From Clostridia bacterium (GTDB lineage: Bacteria > Bacillota > Clostridia > Christensenellales > CAG-138): DNA of 64,000 nucleotides. Location: positions 21,259 to 85,258 of the forward strand of contig JAVVSK010000004.1 in NCBI GenBank assembly GCA_036654235.1. The letters run 5' to 3'. Below are positions 30,298 through 40,432 of the stretch, one piece after another. The position numbers and the translations under genes are program-made. The notes below the pieces were generated by a model. The model made no database searches. It saw nothing but the letters and a program-made list of their open reading frames with translations, and was not told the origin of the DNA. The first letter of the stretch is position 1; the number at the start of each line of letters is the position of its first letter.

Positions 30298-30751
30298 AGT
30301 TTCCCCTCCTTGTCAGTTTAATCATCATATTATAACGCTTACTACAGTATTTACGCAAACATGTCTTTCTGTTTTTTTGATTTTCATAAGTCAATAGAAG
30401 CGAAATATAGGTTAAATTTGCGATATCGAAGTTTATATGATAAGCGATTTTTCGTATCAAATGTCTTTAGCAATAAAAAATCTTTATTTCAAGGCTTGTA
30501 CAGAGGTTCTGGTATTGATTATTCTCATAAAATTTTATCTTGCTATCTTAATAAAGAGAGTGAGTCCTTTTTAAATATGCTGTTTTTTATTATCAGTCTG
30601 TAATCCCCCAATCCCTTTTATCAGCTTTCCGTTTCTTGTTATCTATGCTTCCTAACCCGTAACTCCGGATTATCCTGCTCCGATCCTTGCAAAATAGCAA
30701 CTTTAGCCTTATAATGTATCATGGTATAAGATGAACGATTGGAGAAAAACT

Positions 30752-31840
30752 ATGAAGCTTGGCGTTGTTGGTCTTCCCAATGTCGGAAAAAGCACTCTGT
30801 TTAACGCAATAACTCAGGCTGGCGCTCAGGCTGCCAACTACCCGTTTTGCACTATTGAACCTAACGTCGGCATCGTTGCCGTTCCCGATGAACGTCTCGA
30901 TGTTCTCGCTAAAATGTATAATCCCGAAAAGATAACCCCAACTAATATTGAATTTGTTGATATTGCCGGTCTTATTAAGGGTTCATACCGCGGCGAGGGT
31001 CTTGGAAATAAGTTCCTTTCGCATATCCGCGAGGTAGACGCTATTGTTCACGTTGTACGCTGCTTTGAAGATGAAAACGTCGTACATGTTGACGGGTCGG
31101 TAAATCCCATACGAGATATGGAAACAATAAACCTTGAGCTTATCTTCGCGGATCTCGATACTATCGATAAGCGTATAGATAAAAGTCAAAAAAACAGTAA
31201 GGGCGGAGATAAAAAGTTTTTAGCCGAGCTTGAGCTGTTTAAACGCATAAAATCCTCTTTAGAGGAGGGAAAGCCCGTTCGCTCTATGAATATGACTGAT
31301 GAAGAGCGCGCCGTCACCGCCTCTATCTTCCTCCTTACCGATAAGCCGGTTATATACGTTGCCAACGTCGATGAGGATGGACTTTTTGAAGAAAACGAAT
31401 CCGTTAAAAGGCTATATGGGGCTGCGACTCTTGAAAAATCGGAATCTATAACGCTTTGCGCTAAAATTGAAGACGAAATTTCCGAGCTTTCTCCGGAAGA
31501 AAAACAGCAGTTCATAACGGAAATGGGGCTTAATGAAAGTGGACTCAATAAACTCGTTAAAGCATGTTATAAATTGTTGGGTCTTATAAGTTATCTAACG
31601 GCGGGTCCGAAAGAAGTTCGCGCCTGGACAATCGACAACGGAACTAAAGCGCCACAGGCGGCTGGGAAAATCCATTCTGACTTTGAAAAAGGATTTATAC
31701 GTGCCGAAATAGTTCCCTACAATACCCTAATCGAACAAGGCTCAATGAGCGTCTGTAAGGAAAAAGGTCTGGTCCGTTCCGAGGGCAAGGATTATGTTAT
31801 GAAGGATGGAGACATAGTTCTATTTAGATTCAATGTTTAA
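30752..31840 (+). CDS. ychF: Redox-regulated ATPase YchF
   Basis: GVVGLPNVGKSTLFN, ANYPFCTIEPN, DIAGL, TGS domain; TTGCAA-17-TATAAT promoter upstream. Confidence 0.97.
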   Translation: MKLGVVGLPNVGKSTLFNAITQAGAQAANYPFCTIEPNVGIVAVPDERLDVLAKMYNPEKITPTNIEFVDIAGLIKGSYRGEGLGNKFLSHIREVDAIVHVVRCFEDENVVHVDGSVNPIRDMETINLELIFADLDTIDKRIDKSQKNSKGGDKKFLAELELFKRIKSSLEEGKPVRSMNMTDEERAVTASIFLLTDKPVIYVANVDEDGLFEENESVKRLYGAATLEKSESITLCAKIEDEISELSPEEKQQFITEMGLNESGLNKLVKACYKLLGLISYLTAGPKEVRAWTIDNGTKAPQAAGKIHSDFEKGFIRAEIVPYNTLIEQGSMSVCKEKGLVRSEGKDYVMKDGDIVLFRFNV

Positions 31841-32004
31841 AAATTTACCGTATGCCCTTACCCTGAGTACGTTTATTTGTTCACTATAAATTTGCATTAA
31901 TAAAATTGATGTTTTATTTTGCTTGTGGTAGAATACGCTAATCTGTCTTTTGCTACAGACCCTCTTGGCTCTCGCCATAGGATAATTTACATAATATATG
32001 GAGG

Positions 32005-34755
32005 ATGCCGTTTAACGGTTATTTAAAAATGGGACTTTTTGATACGCTACTAGGAATCTCGGGCGAATCGCGCATACGTAAGCTGCGGCCGATACTAGGC
32101 AAGATTAACGCTCTTGAACCCGGTATGCAAAGCCTTTCGGATGCCGATCTCCGCGCTAAAACTCAAGAATTCAAGGATAGATTAAGCAAAGGTGAAACTC
32201 TCGACGATATTTTAATCGAAGCTTTCGCGGCCGCGCGTGAAGCGGCGGTTCGTACTGTCGGCGAAAGGCCATTTGACGTACAGATCCTTGGCGGTATAGT
32301 TTTACATCAGGGCAGAATCGCGGAAATGAAAACGGGCGAGGGAAAAACTCTCGTCGCAACGCTTCCTTCATATTTGAATGCGCTATCCGGAAAAGGTGTT
32401 CATATTGTTACGGTCAACGACTATTTAGCAAAGCGCGATGCGCAATGGATGGGAAAGGTTCATAAGTTCATGGGCCTTACCGTCGGCTGCATTGTTCACG
32501 ATATGGATAATGACGAAAGGCGTGAAGCATATAATTGTGATATAACTTATGGAACAAATAATGAATTCGGATTTGACTATTTGCGCGACAATATGGTCGT
32601 TTATCGCGAAAATATGGTTCAGCGAGAGCTTAACTATGCAATTGTTGATGAAGTTGACTCGATATTGATAGATGAGGCTAGAACACCTCTCATAATTTCG
32701 GGTGAGGGCGATAAATCCACCGATATGTATGGACGGGCGGATCGCTTCGTTTGCCGCCTTGAACGCGGAGCAAATATTGAAAAACGTACTAAAACCGAGC
32801 TTTTAATGGGTGAGGATCAGCCCGAGAGCGGCGACTATATGGTCGATATTAAGTCGCGCACTGTCAATTTAACTCAAGATGGTTTAAAAAAGGCTGAGGA
32901 ATATTTTGGGGTTGAAGATATATCGTCTCCTGACGTAACCGAACTTAACCATCATATACAACAGGCTTTAAAGGCACATGCACTTTTTTATCTTGATAAG
33001 GACTATGTCGTTCAGGATGGAGAAGTCTTAATAGTAGACGAGTTTACGGGAAGACTGATGATAGGAAGACGCTATTCGGATGGACTTCATCAGGCGTTGG
33101 AGGCAAAAGAGGGCGTTAAAATTGAAAACGAAAATAAGACCCTCGCAACGATAACCTTCCAAAACTATTTCCGCATGTTTAAGAAACTTTCGGGTATGAC
33201 CGGAACAGCTAAAACCGAAGAAGCTGAGTTTCAAAGCATATATGATCTTGATGTCGTTGAAATACCTACCAATCGCCCCCTTATCCGCGTCGATAATAAC
33301 GATGCGATATATTCGAGCGAGGTAGGAAAATTCAGAGCCGTTGTAAAGGAAATAGAGGCTGCTCATAAAACCGGGCAACCCGTATTAGTCGGCACGATTT
33401 CCGTAGAAAAGAGCGAAATGCTAAGCGAAATACTCTTAAAAAAAGGCATAAAGCATGAAGTATTGAACGCTAAGTTGCATGCTAAGGAAGCTGAAATCGT
33501 CGCTCAAGCCGGTAAATTTGCTCATGTCACAATATCAACAAATATGGCGGGACGTGGAACAAATATACTTCTCGGAGGCAACCCCGACTTTTTAGCGCGC
33601 AAAGAGTTAAAACAAAAGGGACTTGATGATGAAATAATAGAAGAAGCGACGGGGCATGCGGAAACTAAAGACGAAGCTATATTGGAGGCGCGCCGTTCTT
33701 ATTATGAAGCCTTTAAAAAATTCAAGCTTCAAACCGACGAGGAACATGATAAAGTGGTTTCGGTCGGCGGTCTTTATATAATAGGTACGGAAAGACATGA
33801 GTCACGTCGAATTGATAATCAGCTTCGCGGACGCGCGGGACGTCAGGGTGATCCGGGTTCTACCCGCTTTTTCGTTTCCCTCGACGACGAGCTAATGCAA
33901 AGGTTCGGCGCGGATAGGGTTAAGGGACTCATGGAACGTCTTATGCCGGATGACGACTCGCCTATAGAGGTTTCTCTCATAACAAAACAAATAGAAAACG
34001 CTCAAAAGCGCGTTGAAACGCATAACTTCGAGATAAGAAAAAACGTTTTACAGTATGACGATGTTATGAATAAGATGCGCGAAATCGTTTATGGTCAACG
34101 TAGGCGCGTACTGTTGGGCGAAGATATAAGCGATTCGGTTCGCGAAATGGTAACTCAGGCTATTGACGAACGCATTCATATATATTGCCCCGAGGGAACG
34201 AAGAGCGATACATGGGACTTGGGCGGTCTAATTTCATCTATTACCGAGCTATGTCTCTTTAAGCCGAAATGCGTAGTTGAAAATATATCGTCGCATAATG
34301 AACTGAAAAATAACCTTCTGGAAGAAATCTTCGAAGCGTACGCCGAAAAAGAAAAGATCGTAAACGACGCGGGACACGATATGCGTGAGATTGAGCGCGT
34401 TGCTCTGCTCCGCTCCGTAGATACGCACTGGATGGATCATATTGATGCTATGGATCAGCTGCGGCAGGGCATAGGGCTTCGCGCCTTCGGTCAAAAAGAT
34501 CCGGTAGTCGAATACCGCAACGAGGGATTCAATATGTTTGACGAAATGATCGCCAGCATACGCGAAACGACGGTTAAGATGCTCTACTCGGTTAACGTTA
34601 GAATGGGAACCGAGCGCGTTCAAGTGGCAAAGCCAATAGAACCCGCCGGTGACTCTCCCGCTCAACCGGCGCGCTCTAAAAAGAAAGTCGGACGCAACGA
34701 TCCTTGCCCCTGCGGAAGCGGTAAAAAATATAAAAACTGCTGTGGTGGCAACTGA
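32005..34755 (+). CDS. secA: Preprotein translocase ATPase SecA
   Basis: [35 protein letters not shown]-terminal [13 protein letters not shown]. The true start may be ATG 32029. Confidence 0.97.
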   Translation: MPFNGYLKMGLFDTLLGISGESRIRKLRPILGKINALEPGMQSLSDADLRAKTQEFKDRLSKGETLDDILIEAFAAAREAAVRTVGERPFDVQILGGIVLHQGRIAEMKTGEGKTLVATLPSYLNALSGKGVHIVTVNDYLAKRDAQWMGKVHKFMGLTVGCIVHDMDNDERREAYNCDITYGTNNEFGFDYLRDNMVVYRENMVQRELNYAIVDEVDSILIDEARTPLIISGEGDKSTDMYGRADRFVCRLERGANIEKRTKTELLMGEDQPESGDYMVDIKSRTVNLTQDGLKKAEEYFGVEDISSPDVTELNHHIQQALKAHALFYLDKDYVVQDGEVLIVDEFTGRLMIGRRYSDGLHQALEAKEGVKIENENKTLATITFQNYFRMFKKLSGMTGTAKTEEAEFQSIYDLDVVEIPTNRPLIRVDNNDAIYSSEVGKFRAVVKEIEAAHKTGQPVLVGTISVEKSEMLSEILLKKGIKHEVLNAKLHAKEAEIVAQAGKFAHVTISTNMAGRGTNILLGGNPDFLARKELKQKGLDDEIIEEATGHAETKDEAILEARRSYYEAFKKFKLQTDEEHDKVVSVGGLYIIGTERHESRRIDNQLRGRAGRQGDPGSTRFFVSLDDELMQRFGADRVKGLMERLMPDDDSPIEVSLITKQIENAQKRVETHNFEIRKNVLQYDDVMNKMREIVYGQRRRVLLGEDISDSVREMVTQAIDERIHIYCPEGTKSDTWDLGGLISSITELCLFKPKCVVENISSHNELKNNLLEEIFEAYAEKEKIVNDAGHDMREIERVALLRSVDTHWMDHIDAMDQLRQGIGLRAFGQKDPVVEYRNEGFNMFDEMIASIRETTVKMLYSVNVRMGTERVQVAKPIEPAGDSPAQPARSKKKVGRNDPCPCGSGKKYKNCCGGN

Positions 34756-34801
34756 TATGGATAAGTTTTAATAATATACGATTTAGAAGGAAGTGATTTT
34801 T

Positions 34802-35903
34802 TTGGTACAGTTGGATGAGTATAGGTCGCAGCTCGCGACAACGATTGTTACATTGAAAGAGGCAGGTGAGTCTCTTTAACTTAGACGGTCTTAGATCGGA
34901 AAAGAATGAGCTTGAACAAAATATGGCGGAACCAAATTTTTGGGACGACATTGAAAATGCGAACAAGATCAGCGCCAAGATAAAATCTATAGACAGCAAA
35001 CTACGAAAATACGCTAAACTCGTCTCAATGGGCGACGATATAGAAGCGCTTATTGAAATGGCAGACGAAGCTGAGGATATAACTCTTATATCTGAAATTT
35101 TGGACGAATATAAGACTTTTTCCGAAAAGGTTGAAGATCTTAAACTTGAAACGCTCTTAAAAGGACCCTATGATTCTCAAAACGCGATTCTTTCCCTACA
35201 TGCCGGCGCGGGCGGAACGGAGGCGCAGGACTGGGTTTCGATGCTCTATCGTATGTATTTGCGTTTTTGCGAAAGACGCGGCTTTACCGTTCGCGAACTT
35301 GATCTTCTCGACGGAGATGAAGCGGGTGTTAAGAGCGTAACCTTTGAAGTTGACGGGGATGATGCCTATGGATATTTAAAGGCGGAAAAAGGCGTTCATC
35401 GCCTAGTTCGAATTTCGCCTTTTGATTCTTCGGGTAGAAGGCACACTTCGTTCGCATCTCTCGACGTTGCACCGATTTTTGACGATGATACAGGAGACGT
35501 TAATATAGATTTAGACGATCTTCGAATAGATACCTATAGGAGCAGCGGTGCCGGCGGTCAGCATGTCAATAAGACAAGCTCGGCTATCCGTATAACCCAT
35601 ATTCCTACAAATATCGTTGTACAATGTCAAAACGAGAGAAGTCAGCTCCAAAATAAAGAAACCGCCATGCGTATGCTAAAAGGTAAGCTTCTTGAACTTC
35701 AGGACAGAGAACGCATGGATCACCTAACCGAGATTAAGGGTGAAATGAAAAGAATCGAATGGGGTAGTCAGATCCGTTCATATGTTTTTCAGCCATATAC
35801 GATGGTAAAGGATCATAGAACAGGAGCCGAAAGCGGAAATATTCAGGCGGTAATGGACGGAGAAATTGATTCGTTTATAAATGCGTTTTTAGTTAAATCT
35901 TAA
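34802..35903 (+). CDS. prfB: Peptide chain release factor 2, expressed via +1 programmed frameshift
   Basis: TTG 34802 opens MVQLDEYRSQL...GESL, ending CTT TAA C (34874-34880); the +1 frame continues NLDGLR with SPF and GGQ motifs. Confidence 0.93.
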
Positions 35904-35942
35904 ATAAAATTTATTTAAAACAGCTTTCTCAATAAAATTTTC

Positions 35943-35978
35943 GGGCGTAATCGTTCAAAATCGATCACGCCCTTTTTT
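35943..35978 (+). terminator. Intrinsic terminator after secA-prfB
   Basis: GGGCGTAATCG...CGATCACGCCC followed by a T run. Confidence 0.7.
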
Positions 35979-36203
35979 ATAAGACACTCATATTACCTTA
36001 GGTGTTTTTCAGCATATTCGAGTATTTGACAAGTAATATAAACTAATGTTATTATAGTTGTAATTTAAGGAAGTTCCGATTAAGAAGGATAGTTTTGCGT
36101 TTTTTATTGTTGGAGAGTCATCTTTTTAGACGCTTTAGTCATATGGTATACGCTTTTTTTACATCCGACTTTCGTGTTTTCTTTCGTTTTATAAGGAGAT
36201 TTC

Positions 36204-36914
36204 ATGTTAGAATTTTTATCTTTGAAAAAGACATATAGGGGTGGAAGTTGCGCCGTAGATGGGCTGTCCCTAAAGGTCGAATACGGTGACATATATGGAT
36301 TTATCGGTCATAACGGTGCCGGAAAAACAACGGCTATACGCTGTGCCGTAGGTATACTGCCTTTTGAAGGCGGAGATATTTTAGTAGATGGGGTTTCGAT
36401 TTTAAAGGATCCGGTGTATTGTAAGAGCGTTATGGCATATATACCTGACAATCCCGATATATATACGCATCTTACGGGAATACAGTACATAAATTTTATC
36501 GCTAATATTTACGAAGTAAATAAATCTGATATTGATGCCCGAATAAAAGAATATGCAACTGCGTTTGAAATTGAAAACGCGTTGGGCAATATTATAGAAA
36601 CATATTCGCATGGAATGCGCCAAAAAATTACGCTAATAGCGGCGCTTATCCATAACCCAAAGTTGCTCCTATTAGACGAGCCCTTTGTGGGTCTAGACCC
36701 AAAAGCCGCCCACGTCTTAAAGGGCTATATGCGAAAGCTCTGCGATAATGGATCGGCGATATTCTTTTCGACGCATGTCCTTGATGTCGCTGAAAAGCTA
36801 TGTAATAAAATTGCGATTATAAAACAAAGCAAGCTCATAATCTCCGGCGATATCGACGAAGTAAAAGGTAATTTGTCCCTCGAAGACGTATTTTTGGAGT
36901 TGACCGACGCATGA
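36204..36914 (+). CDS. ABC-2-type transporter ATP-binding protein
   Basis: GHNGAGKTT, YSHGMRQK, LLDEP. Confidence 0.92.
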   Translation: MLEFLSLKKTYRGGSCAVDGLSLKVEYGDIYGFIGHNGAGKTTAIRCAVGILPFEGGDILVDGVSILKDPVYCKSVMAYIPDNPDIYTHLTGIQYINFIANIYEVNKSDIDARIKEYATAFEIENALGNIIETYSHGMRQKITLIAALIHNPKLLLLDEPFVGLDPKAAHVLKGYMRKLCDNGSAIFFSTHVLDVAEKLCNKIAIIKQSKLIISGDIDEVKGNLSLEDVFLELTDA

Positions 36915-38518
36915 AAAATCTAAAATTATTGCTTTCAATAAACACAAAGCGGCTTTTTGCTATAAATAAAATCCGCTATTTAAAAGATGGAAAAACCGTT
37001 TCGCGTGTTTTTGCGCTGGTCGGTTTTATCGCTATAGCTATAATGATGCTCGGAATGTTCTCTATGTTCTTTTTCGGCATGACTACCATATTTGAATCAA
37101 TTGGCCAAACTTATCTTATTTTAGCTATCGCCCTCATTTCTTCGTCCGCAGTCATGCTAATAGATACGCTCTTTACGGCCGGCTCCGTTTTATTTTCATT
37201 TACCGACTTTGATACCCTTATGGCTCTGCCTATAAAAAAAAGCACTCTCGTATTCTCAAGAATTCTAACTTTATATTTCAACAATCTGTTTTTTTCTGTA
37301 TTTCTCATGCTTCCGGCGCTTATTGCCTATGTTTTATATACTCCCGTATTTCCCCTCTTTTTTGTTTACTATCTCCTATGTTTTTTTCTCGCTCCGCTTA
37401 TACCTATCGCGGTAGGTACTCTGCCGGGCATTCTCATAGGCGTTATAACCTCGCGGTTTAAGTATAAAAATATATTAAAAATATTTTTTTCACTATTGCT
37501 CCTCGCCCTATACTTTGTATTTATGTTTTCAAGCACCGATTCAATGGGAAATATAATCAATATAATAATTTCCATTGGAAATTCTCTCAACTCCGCCTAC
37601 CCCGTAGCAATGTGGTTCGCTCTCGGGCTTAACGGCGCTATACCCGAACTTTTGCTTTTTATCGGACTCAGCGTTTTACTCGGTTCTATTATGTCCGCTA
37701 TCGTTATCCGATATTTTGCCCCTATACATGCTTTCATTACGTCTAGATTGACTTCAAAAAAATATACGCTTAGCGATTCGAGTATAAAAAATTCATCCGT
37801 AAAAAAAGCTCTCTTTAAAAATGAGATGAAACAATATTTTTCATCGACTATATACGTCGTAAATACTATTTTTGGGCTTTTACTTTTAACTCTCGCTTCC
37901 GTCGCAACTATTGTTTTCGGGGAAAAAATCTTAACGGTTCTTGCATCTGACGATATTTTACTTGTAATGAACAATTTGTTCTGCATACTGCCCCTTAGCG
38001 TCTCTATGTTCGTTTCAATGTCATGTACGACGCAAAATTCGATTTCGATGGAAGGTAAACACCTTCCACTTTTAAAAATGCTTCCGGTTTCGACTATGAC
38101 AATTTTCTATGCGAAATTAAAGGTGTATTTTGCTATGGCAATACCCACGATATTAATTGATTCAACTCTAATTATGACGGTTTTTAAGCCCTCAACTATC
38201 GCGGATTTACTGTACATGTATGCCATGCCCCTTATTTTCATGATGTTCTCTGGATTTTTTGGGCTTTATATTAACCTCGTATTTCCAAAATTGGATTGGA
38301 CTACCGAAGCGCAATATGCAAAGCAGAGCACATCCACGTTTATAGGAATATTTTCGGGCATGATTATCCCAATGATATTCATATTCATCGCAACGAGTTT
38401 GCCTATCGATCCCTATATATTTAAAATCGGAACAACTCTATTTATGCTCCTTTTAACCGCGCTTTTCTACGCCCTTTTAAAACACGACGGGGTTAAACGC
38501 TTTCAAAAATTGATTTGA
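36911..38518 (+). CDS. ABC-2-type transporter permease
   Basis: Multi-TM protein overlapping the ATPase stop; LMALPI and SISMEGK..LLK.LPV duplicated motifs. Confidence 0.8.
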   Translation: MKNLKLLLSINTKRLFAINKIRYLKDGKTVSRVFALVGFIAIAIMMLGMFSMFFFGMTTIFESIGQTYLILAIALISSSAVMLIDTLFTAGSVLFSFTDFDTLMALPIKKSTLVFSRILTLYFNNLFFSVFLMLPALIAYVLYTPVFPLFFVYYLLCFFLAPLIPIAVGTLPGILIGVITSRFKYKNILKIFFSLLLLALYFVFMFSSTDSMGNIINIIISIGNSLNSAYPVAMWFALGLNGAIPELLLFIGLSVLLGSIMSAIVIRYFAPIHAFITSRLTSKKYTLSDSSIKNSSVKKALFKNEMKQYFSSTIYVVNTIFGLLLLTLASVATIVFGEKILTVLASDDILLVMNNLFCILPLSVSMFVSMSCTTQNSISMEGKHLPLLKMLPVSTMTIFYAKLKVYFAMAIPTILIDSTLIMTVFKPSTIADLLYMYAMPLIFMMFSGFFGLYINLVFPKLDWTTEAQYAKQSTSTFIGIFSGMIIPMIFIFIATSLPIDPYIFKIGTTLFMLLLTALFYALLKHDGVKRFQKLI

Positions 38519-38575
38519 TTTTTACCTTTTATTCAATATAAAAGATGGACAGCTTTGACTGCAATACTATATAAA

Positions 38576-38614
38576 AAAATGCCGGGCGTAACCAATCAGT
38601 ACGTCCGGTATTTT
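38576..38614. terminator. Intrinsic terminator after the ABC pair
   Basis: AAAATGCCGGGCGTA...TACGTCCGGTATTTT. Confidence 0.65.
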
Positions 38615-39085
38615 ATATCGTCGATCCGTTTATTTTTTCCTCCTCCAACTCTTCCGCGTGTATATTTTTCGTATGTGATTCAGTGTTATGTGAGTAATCC
38701 CTGTGTAAGATGCATTTGTAGATAACGTTTTTAACTTTCCAATTCAATTTCGTACTATCAATAAGAATCGAATTATAAACATATATTAGTCTCAGATAGT
38801 TTTTTAAAACACACCAAAAACCTTCTAAAGGCATCTTTTAAATTTTAGAATCAGCAAGGGCTTCTAATAAATCTATATATTTATCATGCTCGCCAGACCG
38901 AATTAAAAATTGACACTGTTTTAGTTCTTTAAGCTATGTTGTTTTAACAAATTCCTGTAAAAGATTCACGTTTTTTATTCCTAATTCCTGTTTTAATTTA
39001 TACAATGATTTTTTGTCTAGTGTTCACTGAATTTATTTCCGATTGCCTTAGATGCATATTTACCTTTTATTGAGCGCATATTGGT

Positions 39086-39114
39086 TTGACAAGCTCCGTA
39101 CAATAAGATAAAAT
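39086..39114 (+). promoter_or_regulatory. Sigma-A promoter for the ACP-like/DegV pair
   Basis: TTGACA-17-TAAAAT. Confidence 0.7.
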
Positions 39115-39174
39115 ACGAGATGGCATTTATTCGTGCCAATTTTGCACTGTTATATATTTTTTTGGAGGATTTTT

Positions 39175-39402
39175 ATGTCTATTTTTAACTGTATATGCGA
39201 GATAGTGCACTCGCTAACGGGCATCCCTATAGAGACAATAAGCGAAACGACGAGGGTTTCGGATATACCTCTTGATTGTCTTGATATAGAGGAGCTTGTT
39301 CTCGAACTCGAAGAGACTTACGACGTTATTTTAGATGATTGTAAGCCCGATACAATCTGCGATATTGTCAACATGGTAAATAAAGGATTAAACCTCGCTT
39401 AA
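39175..39402 (+). CDS. Acyl carrier protein-like protein (Cys at the phosphopantetheine Ser position)
   Basis: 75 aa, acidic; LDCLDIEELVLELEETYDV aligns with ACP xDSLDxVELVMxLEEEFxI; GGAGG RBS. Confidence 0.75.
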   Translation: MSIFNCICEIVHSLTGIPIETISETTRVSDIPLDCLDIEELVLELEETYDVILDDCKPDTICDIVNMVNKGLNLA

Positions 39403-39421
39403 TTTTCTGAAAGGAGAGTCT

Positions 39422-40267
39422 ATGGAAAAAATCAAAATAAGTGCGGATAGTACGTCTGATTTATCTAAAGATATTATTAGTGAGTTCGATATTAATATCA
39501 TTCCCTTGCTCATAGAGACAGACAACGCTTCCTATCGCGATGGGATTGATATAACACCCGATGCGCTGTTTGACCTTGTTGAAAACAAGGGACAATTTTG
39601 TCATACCACCGCGGTTAACGCTTTCCAGTATCATGAAGAATTTACGCGGCTTCTTAAAACCAACGATGCAGTTATTCATATTTGTCTAAGTTCCGATATG
39701 AGTGCATGCTATCAAAACGCATGTACTGCCGCCGCTGAGCTTGAAAACGTTTATGTTTTAGATTCTAAAAACCTTTCCAGCGCCACTGGTCATCTTGTTT
39801 ATGAGGCTGCTCTTATGGCGAGAGACGGAATTGAGCCTAAAAAGATTTTTGAGGAGCTTACCAAACTCTCGATAAAGCTTGAAGCAAGCTTTATAATCGA
39901 TACTCTCGAATATTTAAAGCGTGGCGGTCGTTGTTCCGCTATAAAGGCGTTCAGCGCCGCCGTTTTAAAACTTAAGCCCTGTATTGAAGTGATAGATGGA
40001 AAAATGACCGTTGGAAATACTTTTCGCGGTTCTCTCGAAGTGTGTCTTAAACGTTATGTAAAGCAGCGCCTTAAGGATCGTAGCGATATAGACTGTCGTC
40101 GCGTATTTATAACGACTACCGGGTGTAGCCGTAATATAATCGATATGGTTGAAGACAGCGTAAAAAAATACGGAAACTTTGAAACGATAATTGAAACTCA
40201 GGCCGGATGCACAATATCGGCGCATTGCGGACCTAATACTTTAGGAATTTTATTTTTCAAAAAATAA
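39422..40267 (+). CDS. DegV/FakB fatty-acid-binding protein
   Basis: ADSTSDL, LSSDMSACYQNA, DSKNLS, LEYLKRGGR, SAHCGP. Confidence 0.93.
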   Translation: MEKIKISADSTSDLSKDIISEFDINIIPLLIETDNASYRDGIDITPDALFDLVENKGQFCHTTAVNAFQYHEEFTRLLKTNDAVIHICLSSDMSACYQNACTAAAELENVYVLDSKNLSSATGHLVYEAALMARDGIEPKKIFEELTKLSIKLEASFIIDTLEYLKRGGRCSAIKAFSAAVLKLKPCIEVIDGKMTVGNTFRGSLEVCLKRYVKQRLKDRSDIDCRRVFITTTGCSRNIIDMVEDSVKKYGNFETIIETQAGCTISAHCGPNTLGILFFKK

Positions 40268-40287
40268 ATTATTTTTAAATTTATAAG

Positions 40288-40325
40288 AAAAAAAGATGTA
40301 TCAAACTAAGATACATCTTTTTTTC
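40288..40325. terminator. Bidirectional intrinsic terminator
   Basis: AAAAAAAGATGTATC-aaactaa-GATACATCTTTTTTT. Confidence 0.75.
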
Positions 40326-40432
40326 TGTAAGTGCAAATTAATTGCACCTGCAATTTAGGTTTTGATTTTTTAAATCTAAAAGGCGATGGAAGCCCAAAGA
40401 AAAAAGTCTATCTTCCATCCTTCTAAATTAAA

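Noticed and set aside
30361-30690. 80-aa ORF or mobile-element remnant between the Ntn gene and ychF
   Set aside because: No RBS and no transposase, maturase or intron domain V motif could be identified by eye; BLASTX would be needed.
34866-35903. prfB as a truncated gene or pseudogene starting at GTG 34866
   Set aside because: The upstream TTG frame with RBS and the CTT-stop-C site explain it as a programmed frameshift.
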